Made by a program: the position numbers and the translations under genes. Of a DNA stretch of 49,689 nt, positions 39,446 to 46,292 are shown piece after piece. This stretch comes from Polyangia bacterium (lineage in GTDB: Bacteria; Myxococcota_A; Polyangia; Haliangiales; JADYYK01), in NCBI GenBank assembly GCA_044229835.1, contig JBGASF010000046.1, positions 1-49,689 of the forward strand, given 5' to 3'. A model generated the notes under the pieces. That model worked only from the letters and a program-made list of their open reading frames with translations. It made no database searches and was not told the DNA's origin. The stretch's first letter is position 1. Every line of letters begins with the position of its first letter.

Positions 39446-41878
39446 CTAGTAGTCGCCGCTGCCGCCGCCCTGCGACAGGCCGCGCAGCAGGTTCTGCGCC
39501 GCGACGTCGACCGGGCCCAGCAGGTCGACCACGTCCTCGACGTGCTTGCCGAACTCGGCGGACTGGTTGTACATGCGCTTGATGCGCTTGAACTCGGTCT
39601 CGCCGACGCCGAAGCCGGCGTAGTCGCGGCCGTCGCCGCGCCAGCCGATGGTGCCGTTGAAGAACTCGAGGATCTCGCGCGGGGTGCAGTCGGTGCGCGA
39701 GCTCATCGCGGCGCGCGCCAGCGCGACCACCTCGCGGACCGACGAGGTCAGGAGCATCACGGTGGCGTAGCGCTCGCCCGGCTTCTTGCCCGCGGGCGCC
39801 GGCGCCAGCCCGGCGCCCTTGAGCTTGGCGTCGTCGCGCGCGACGCGATCGAGCTGCTCGCCGAGCTTGAGGTACTCCTCGCGGCGCTGCGCCACCTGCT
39901 TCTGCAGCGCGTAGGCCTTGGTGGCGTAGGTCTCGACCGAGACGCGGTACTTGGTGGCCTGCTCCTTGAGCTTGAGCGCCCCGCTGACCTGCGAGATCTG
40001 CGCGCAGTGGGTCTCGACCGCGTAGATCTTGGCGCGCAGCGAGTTGACCTCGCTGGCGAAGTAGAAGTCGGCGATGGCGTTCATGGCGCCGCCGATGCTG
40101 GTCGGCAGCGTGAAGCCGCCGTCCTGCTCGTACGAGGTGTTGCGCCCGTCCTCGCCCGGCTTCTTGGAGACGTCGAGATCGGTCTTGGTCTGGACGTTGC
40201 GCACGATGATGGCGCCGTCCTTGTTGGTGGTGGTGTAGGTCGGGTTCCAGCGCGCCGGCTTGCCCGCCATGATGGCGCGCTTGTTGCGCCCGGCGTTGAT
40301 GGTGGCGCCCATCATGTTGACCTTCTCGGTGGCGTTGGCGATGGCCGCGGGGGCGCCGTTGACCACCGCGGCGGTGGTGTCGATGGCGCTGCCGACCTGC
40401 TTGATGAAGGCCTTGGTCTTCTCGATCTCGCCCATGCGCTCGCGCGCGCCGTCGGCCTCGTGGTTCTTCTTCTCCTTGTCGAGCTCGAGCATGTGCTGCT
40501 GGAAGCCGAGGAAGTCGGCCTGCATGGCCTTGTGCGCCATGGTGGCCTCCATGGCGGAGGTGGTCACGTCGTGGCCCTGCGAGGGCTCGGCCAGGTGCTC
40601 GGAGGCGTCGCGCGAGCCGGCGTTGTAGAGATCGCGGATGCGCTCGCCGACCGCGCCCGCGCCGGTGGCGGCGACCCCGGCGCCGGAGTCGCTGGCGTGG
40701 CCGAGCTCGCGGGTCAGGCCGGCGACCATGGCCGACACGTTGTGGCCGATGCCGAGCGCGTTCATCTGGCCCTGCAGGCGCGTCATCGAGCCCCACACCG
40801 CGTTGGCCTGCGGCACCCAGGCGTTGAACCCGGTGAACTGCTGCTCCTCGGTGGTGCGGTCGCTGATGAGCTGGCGCAGCTTGCCCTCGAGGATCGGGAT
40901 GGCCTCGCCGGCCTGCTGCTTCTGCCAGTACATGTGCGAGCCGAACATGCCCTCGCCGCTGATCTTCTTGTTCTTCTCGATCTGGTTCTGCAGGTAGGTG
41001 CGGCCCTTCTCGATGGCCGAGAAGTCGGGCGCGACCTGGTGCAGCTGCAGCTCGTCGGGCGTCATGTGCAGGATCGACAGCTGCTTGCCCTCGTCGGCCA
41101 GCTCGACGGCCTCGCTGGCCGACTGCTTGAGCAGGGCGCCGCTGTAGCCGGCCTCGCCGGCGTGGATCTCCTGGTTGCCGTGGATCGGCATGGCCTCGGT
41201 GGGGCCGCCGATGCCGGGATCGGCGCCGACGTTGGCGTTGACGTTCTCCTTGCGCATCATGCGCGCCACGCCGCTGGCGCCGGCCGACACCTGCGCGGGC
41301 GCGCCCAGCACCATGCGGTCGGCGGCGGCGTCGGCCTCGAGCTCGAAGGCGTCACCGGGGGTCGACACCTGGGCCTTGCCGGCGGGCACCGGGGCGGCGC
41401 CGCGCTGCTGCACGGTGTGGGCGACCTCGTGCGCGAGCAGGGCCTCTCCGCCGCGCGAGCCCGGCGTGTACTCGCCGGCGCCGAAGTGGATGTCCTGGCC
41501 GAACGCGAAGGCACGCGCGCCCAGGGCGTCGGCGGCGCCGGCCGACTCCGCGCCGGTGTGCACGCGCACGCCGCCGAGGTCGGTCCCCAGCGAGCCCTCG
41601 AACTTGCTGCGCAGGCCGTCGGGCAGCTGCACGCCGCCGCCGGTGGGCACGCTGTCGACCGCGCCGGCGCTGGTGTCGGCGCCGGGGGCGGAGGCGGCAG
41701 CGCCGTCCTTGGCCTGGCGCTGTACGATCCCGTCGGCGAGGGTGCGCCGTCCCGGGGGCGCGCCGTTGCTGTTCTCGGGCGACTGCTTGGACTCGACCTC
41801 GTGGTTTGCCGACTGCTGATAGCGCATGGCCGCTGCTAGAGCAGCCGGCGTGCCCACAGGGGCCCACGCGGTTTCCAC
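39446..41878 (-). CDS. Large DUF4157 (zincin-like, HExxH) domain protein with about 600 aa of uncharacterised C-terminal region; candidate polymorphic-toxin/eCIS-type effector.
   Basis: Region LPDGLRSKFEGSLGTDLGGVRVHTGAESAGAADALGARAFAFGQDIHFGAGEYTPGSRGGEALLAHEVAHTVQQRG matches the DUF4157 consensus including HExxH. Start GTG 41878 or ATG 41827. Confidence 0.65.
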   Translation of the reverse strand: METAWAPVGTPAALAAAMRYQQSANHEVESKQSPENSNGAPPGRRTLADGIVQRQAKDGAAASAPGADTSAGAVDSVPTGGGVQLPDGLRSKFEGSLGTDLGGVRVHTGAESAGAADALGARAFAFGQDIHFGAGEYTPGSRGGEALLAHEVAHTVQQRGAAPVPAGKAQVSTPGDAFELEADAAADRMVLGAPAQVSAGASGVARMMRKENVNANVGADPGIGGPTEAMPIHGNQEIHAGEAGYSGALLKQSASEAVELADEGKQLSILHMTPDELQLHQVAPDFSAIEKGRTYLQNQIEKNKKISGEGMFGSHMYWQKQQAGEAIPILEGKLRQLISDRTTEEQQFTGFNAWVPQANAVWGSMTRLQGQMNALGIGHNVSAMVAGLTRELGHASDSGAGVAATGAGAVGERIRDLYNAGSRDASEHLAEPSQGHDVTTSAMEATMAHKAMQADFLGFQQHMLELDKEKKNHEADGARERMGEIEKTKAFIKQVGSAIDTTAAVVNGAPAAIANATEKVNMMGATINAGRNKRAIMAGKPARWNPTYTTTNKDGAIIVRNVQTKTDLDVSKKPGEDGRNTSYEQDGGFTLPTSIGGAMNAIADFYFASEVNSLRAKIYAVETHCAQISQVSGALKLKEQATKYRVSVETYATKAYALQKQVAQRREEYLKLGEQLDRVARDDAKLKGAGLAPAPAGKKPGERYATVMLLTSSVREVVALARAAMSSRTDCTPREILEFFNGTIGWRGDGRDYAGFGVGETEFKRIKRMYNQSAEFGKHVEDVVDLLGPVDVAAQNLLRGLSQGGGSGDY

Positions 41879-41967
41879 GGGTTACCGCGGGTTGCCCCCT
41901 GGCCCAGCATGGCCTGGTCCGTGAACCACCCGCGCTGGTGCAGCCCACGGGGGCGACCGCCACAGCG

Positions 41968-42864
41968 TCAGCGCGGCGGCAACAGGTGGTCGATCAGGGC
42001 ACGCGCCGCCGCCGAGCGTCGCGGCGTGGCGGGGTAGATCAGCGAGAAGGGGCGGCTGGCGCCGCGGTGGTCGCGCAGCACCTCGACCAGGAGGCCGCGC
42101 TCGACGGCGTCCTTGACCAGGAAGTCGTAGCTCTGGATGAGGCCGAGGCCGGCGCGGGCCAGGGTGACCAGGGCGACGACGTCGTCGGAGCAGCGCACCG
42201 GGGCGGGTGGAGTGAAGGCGCGGGGCCCGGGCAGGAAGCTCCAGGGCAGGGGGCGGCCCGTGCTCGGCATGGTGAAGGTGATGCAGGTGTGATCGACGAG
42301 CTGCGCCGGGGTGCGCGGGGCGGGGTGGCGCGCCAGGTACGACGGCGCGGCGTAGACCCCGAGCGGGAAGTCGCCCAGCTTGCGCGCGATGAGGCCCTTG
42401 TCACGGATGAGGCCCTGGCGGATGGCGAGGTCGAAGCCCTCCTGGGTGAAGTCGATGTTGCGGTTGCCGATGTGGAGGTCGAGCTCGATGGCGGGATAGC
42501 GCTCGCGGAAGGCGGCCAGCGCGGGCAGCAGGCGGTGGTGGCCGAACGAGGTCGGCGCGCTCAGGCGCACCACCCCGGCGTGGACGCCCCCGCGCGCGGC
42601 GACCTCGTGCTCGGCGAGCTCGAGCAGCGCGAGCGCTTGCTTGGCGGCGCGGTAGTAGGCGTGGGCCTCGTCGGTGGGCGTCACGGTGCGCGTGCTGCGC
42701 CGGAACAGGCGCACGCCCAGGGTGTCCTCGAGGCGGACGACGCTGCGGCTGGCCGCCTGCGGGGTCACGCCGAGCTGGCGGGCGGCCCTGGAGAAGCTGC
42801 CCAGCTCGAAGGCGGCGCAGAAGGTGAGGAGGTTGGGCAGGGTCGATTGCAGCGCCATGGTCAC
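41968..42864 (-). CDS. LysR-family transcriptional regulator.
   Basis: N-terminal wHTH (LLTFCAAFELGSFSRAARQLGVTPQAASRSVVRLE) plus LysR substrate-binding domain. Divergent from the DJ-1 gene. Confidence 0.85.
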   Translation of the reverse strand: MTMALQSTLPNLLTFCAAFELGSFSRAARQLGVTPQAASRSVVRLEDTLGVRLFRRSTRTVTPTDEAHAYYRAAKQALALLELAEHEVAARGGVHAGVVRLSAPTSFGHHRLLPALAAFRERYPAIELDLHIGNRNIDFTQEGFDLAIRQGLIRDKGLIARKLGDFPLGVYAAPSYLARHPAPRTPAQLVDHTCITFTMPSTGRPLPWSFLPGPRAFTPPAPVRCSDDVVALVTLARAGLGLIQSYDFLVKDAVERGLLVEVLRDHRGASRPFSLIYPATPRRSAAARALIDHLLPPR

Positions 42865-42977
42865 TTGTACATCGATGGTACAGGTGATGTGCGATTGTCA
42901 CCACTACTGCGCGGCGCCGCCAGGAGGCATCTTGCTCTCACCGGGCACACACGACCGGCAAGGCCAAGGAGAGAGCC

Positions 42978-43667
42978 ATGACGACGACGACGACCCAGAA
43001 GCGCATCCTCATCGCCACCACCAGCCATACCCAGCTCGGCGACACCGGCAAGCCCACCGGGGCCTACCTGGCCGAGGTCGCGCACCCCCACGCGGCCTTC
43101 GTGCGCGCCGGCCATGGCGTGGAGTTCGCCAGCGTACGGGGTGGCCAGATCCCGCTCGACGGCGTGGCCGACGCCGACGCCGGAAGCCGCGCCTTCCTGG
43201 AGGCCCACGGCGCCGAGCTGGCCAGCAGCCAGGCCGCGGCGAGCGTCGACCCCGCGCGCTATGACGCCATCTTCTTCGCCGGTGGCCACGGCACCATGTG
43301 GGATCTGCCCGAGGACGCGGCGTTCCAGCGCGTCGCGGCGGCGATCTACCAGCGCGGCGGCGTGGTCGCCGCGGTGTGCCACGGCCCGGCCGCGCTGGTG
43401 AACCTGCGCCTCGCGGATGGTCGCTACCTGGTCGATGGCAAGCGGGTCAGTGCCTTCACCAACGAGGAGGAGCGCGCGGTGAAGCTCGAGGGCGTGGTGC
43501 CGTTCCTGCTCGCCGATGCCCTGGTCGCGCGCGGCGCCCAGCACGTGCCGGCGCCCAGCTGGAAGTCGCACGTGGTGGTCAGCGAGCGGCTGGTGACGGG
43601 GCAGAACCCGGCGTCGGCGACGGGGGTGGCGGAGGCGGTGGTCAAGGTGCTGGCGGGTGAAGCCTGA
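42978..43667 (+). CDS. DJ-1/PfpI (class I glutamine amidotransferase-like) family protein.
   Basis: Nucleophile elbow AAVCHGPAAL. Overall ThiJ/HchA-like pattern. Confidence 0.75.
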   Translation: MTTTTTQKRILIATTSHTQLGDTGKPTGAYLAEVAHPHAAFVRAGHGVEFASVRGGQIPLDGVADADAGSRAFLEAHGAELASSQAAASVDPARYDAIFFAGGHGTMWDLPEDAAFQRVAAAIYQRGGVVAAVCHGPAALVNLRLADGRYLVDGKRVSAFTNEEERAVKLEGVVPFLLADALVARGAQHVPAPSWKSHVVVSERLVTGQNPASATGVAEAVVKVLAGEA

Positions 43668-43668
43668 G

Positions 43669-43716
<48 letters not shown>

Positions 43717-43735
43717 GCGCCAGGGCGGCCGGGGG

Positions 43736-45628
43736 TCAGCGTGGACGCAGGGTCAGGATCTCGTGCGGTTCATCGAAGCCCTTCAGGCGCCTGGCGAAGC
43801 TGTGGCTGGGCTCGGCCTCGGCGGCGGCGACGCGGGCGACCTCGGGGCGGGTCGAGAGCTCGGTCAGCAGCGCGACCTCGTTGGCGCCGGCCTGGGCCTG
43901 CAGGCGGGCGGCCAGGTTGACGGTGGTGCCGAAGAAGTCGAGGCGGCCGTTGGCGCGCACGGCGAGGCAGGCGCCCTCGTGGATGCCGACGCGCACGGCG
44001 AGGTCGGGCACGCCGCGCGCCGCGGCCGACCTGCCGACCTCGCGCGCCATCTCGAGGCCGGCCGACAGCGCCCGCGCCGGCGAGGTGAAGGTGGCCATCA
44101 CGGCGTCGCCCATGGTCTTGACCACCGCGCCCTGGTGCGCCGCGATGACCGCCGAGACGTCGCGGAAGTGGGCCTGCACCAGGGCGAAGGCGCGGGCGTC
44201 GCCGATGCGACGGTACAGCGCCGTGGTGCCGGTCAGGTCCGAGAACAGCACCGCCAGGTGGCCCACCGTCAGGTCCAGCCCGACCGCCGGGGCCTCGGCC
44301 GAGAACAGGTCGATGAACTCCGGGAAGGTCGCCAGCAGGGTGCCGGGCACCGCGTCGGAGGGGAAGTCGGCGCGCTCGAACAGCAGGGTCAGCGGCACCG
44401 AGGTGCTGTTGCTGCACGCCAGGGTGGTGCTGCCGTCCTGGCTGTCCTCGCTGGCGCGCGCCAGCAGCAGCCCGGCGTCGGTGACCTCGACCTCCACCGC
44501 GCGCGGCGCCGGGTGCGCGGGCAGCAGGGCACGGCGCTGGCCCGCGCGCACCAGCAGCCCCCCGGGCGGCAGCGCCAGCTGCAGCGCGCGGCGCTCCCCG
44601 GCCTCGAGCCGGACGCCGGCGAACAGCTGGGGGCGATGCCAGGGCGAGGCCGCGCAGAAGACGCTGGGCCTGACCGGGCGCAGCGCGGCGTTGACGCTGA
44701 AGGTGGCCTCGACGTTGGCGGCCAGGTCCAGCTCGAAGGCGATGTCGCAGTCGGCGCAGTGCGCGCGCCGGGCCAGCTGGTCGAGGCTGGTCGCGACCTC
44801 GGCCCCGACCCGGCACACCGGGCAGTCGAGCTGCCAGCGCAGGTCGACCAGGCCGGCGCGGGTGGCGTACAGGAAGCCGCGCACGACGTCGCGCTCGTCG
44901 GCGCTCCAGGCCCGCGCCAGCTCCAGCGGACGCAGCTGGGTCAGCTCGTCGTCCGCGCGCGTGCGCAGCAGCTCGACGATGCGGTCGCGCACCTCGGGCC
45001 GCACCGGCGCCTCGGCGAAGCGGCCAGCGCAGAACGCGAAGGGCTCCTCGGCCAGCGCCGAGGACGGGCCGTTCCACGCCGGGTCGGCCCCGCTGGCCCA
45101 CAGGAAGCGCCGCGCCTGGCGCAGCGCGGGCTCGTCCCGGTCGGCCGTGGCCGCCAGCGCCGCCGCGCCGCCGCGCTCGAGCACGCCGGCCAGCGCCTCG
45201 ACGTGGCGCACCAGCGCCTGCCCGGTGCGCTCGATCATGGCCGCCGCCAGCTCGGCGGGCAGCATCGGTGCGCGCTCGATGTACGAGCGCACCTCCAGCC
45301 GGGTGCCGCCGGCCTCCGCCGCCACCGTGTAGGCGTAGCCGCCGCGCGCCACCGGCCCGGTCAGGAAGCGGCGCTCGGCGGTCAGGCGCTGGCCCTCGAC
45401 GCCGTCGCCGATCTCCAGCCAGGACACCTCCATGCCCATCACGCGGGTGCGCCCGACCTGCGCCCGCGTGCGCGGATCGGCCGGGTCGATGAGCTCGTAG
45501 CTGTAGCTCGACTGCTTGAACCCGATGGCGCGATCCCAGCGATTGGAGTCGGCCATCAGCGCCCACACCAGCCCCGGGGGCCCCGGCAGCAGGCGCGACA
45601 CCTGGGTCTCGTAGAGGAGCTGGCTCAC
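43736..45628 (-). CDS. Class III adenylate/guanylate cyclase with N-terminal SRPBCC-like ligand-binding domain and a CxxC...CxxC zinc-ribbon-like element.
   Basis: C-terminal catalytic domain (LAVLFSDLTGTTALYRR..., VKTMGDAVMATF, RVGIHEGACL...FGTTVNLAARLQ). N-terminus YETQVSRLLPGPPGLVWALMADSNRWDRAIGF looks like a Bet v1/START strand. CPVCRVG...CADCD in the middle. The upstream 183 aa of the track ORF is junk. GTG start overlaps upstream TGA. Confidence 0.75.
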   Translation of the reverse strand: MSQLLYETQVSRLLPGPPGLVWALMADSNRWDRAIGFKQSSYSYELIDPADPRTRAQVGRTRVMGMEVSWLEIGDGVEGQRLTAERRFLTGPVARGGYAYTVAAEAGGTRLEVRSYIERAPMLPAELAAAMIERTGQALVRHVEALAGVLERGGAAALAATADRDEPALRQARRFLWASGADPAWNGPSSALAEEPFAFCAGRFAEAPVRPEVRDRIVELLRTRADDELTQLRPLELARAWSADERDVVRGFLYATRAGLVDLRWQLDCPVCRVGAEVATSLDQLARRAHCADCDIAFELDLAANVEATFSVNAALRPVRPSVFCAASPWHRPQLFAGVRLEAGERRALQLALPPGGLLVRAGQRRALLPAHPAPRAVEVEVTDAGLLLARASEDSQDGSTTLACSNSTSVPLTLLFERADFPSDAVPGTLLATFPEFIDLFSAEAPAVGLDLTVGHLAVLFSDLTGTTALYRRIGDARAFALVQAHFRDVSAVIAAHQGAVVKTMGDAVMATFTSPARALSAGLEMAREVGRSAAARGVPDLAVRVGIHEGACLAVRANGRLDFFGTTVNLAARLQAQAGANEVALLTELSTRPEVARVAAAEAEPSHSFARRLKGFDEPHEILTLRPR

Positions 45629-46170
45629 GGCGCGCCCAGGCCCGGCGGCGTCGCGGCGTCGGGCCGGCTGATGGCGGCGTCGCACACCTTCATGGTGCAG
45701 TCGGCGCTCTGGTTGGCGCCCACGCAGCGGCAGGTGTTGCAGTCGACCGGGTAGGTCTCGCCGGCCTCGTAGTACCTGCCGGCCTGCGCACAGCCACACA
45801 GGGCGCCGCGCGCGGTGGTCCCGCCGGCGCCGACCGTGACCTCGACCGGGACGCCCAGGCTGCCGATCACCAGCCCCTCGCGCGCCTCCTCGGCGCACAG
45901 CTCGATGCGCACGCGCGCGCCCAGGGCGTCGCCGACGGCGCTGATGGTCGCGACGCCGCGCTGCGCGGCCAGCCGCTCGTGGTGCGCGGCGACCACGTCC
46001 TGCACGTGGCGCAGCGCGTTCAGGCCGGCGGCCACGGCGGCGTCCATGGTGGGCGGGCCGGAGGCCGAGGGGGCCGGCGTCTGCGCGCGACCCGACCGGC
46101 GCCGGCAGGCTGGCACGGCGAGCTCGACCAGCAGCAGAATCGCGAGCACAAACGGGGCTCTCGCGCGCAC
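45625..46170 (-). CDS. Secreted protein with signal peptide and a C-terminal 8-Cys module, translationally coupled to the cyclase.
   Basis: Signal peptide MRARAPFVLAILLLVELAVPA. C-terminal ...CGC...CNTCRC...CTMKVC. GTGA overlap with the downstream gene start. Occupies a different frame from the junk N-extension of the cyclase ORF. Confidence 0.5.
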   Translation of the reverse strand: MRARAPFVLAILLLVELAVPACRRRSGRAQTPAPSASGPPTMDAAVAAGLNALRHVQDVVAAHHERLAAQRGVATISAVGDALGARVRIELCAEEAREGLVIGSLGVPVEVTVGAGGTTARGALCGCAQAGRYYEAGETYPVDCNTCRCVGANQSADCTMKVCDAAISRPDAATPPGLGAP

Positions 46171-46292
46171 GTCCGCACGTTAGCACGGCCTCGGTTGACG
46201 CCCGCTCAGGAAGCGGTCAACCTAATCGCCCCGTTTGGCTGGACGCGCATCGCTAGAACAGCCCCGGGACGATAGCGCTGGGAGGGGATCTG

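Noticed and set aside
39542-41839. 765-aa plus-strand ORF opposite the DUF4157 gene
   Set aside because: Shadow ORF with Ala/Gly/Arg/Leu bias. The minus-strand frame carries a recognisable conserved domain.
45625-46170. Pacifastin-type protease inhibitor assignment for the 8-Cys module
   Set aside because: The Cys spacing only partly fits (first inter-Cys gap too long), and the family is arthropod-restricted. Kept only as an unassigned Cys-rich secreted module.
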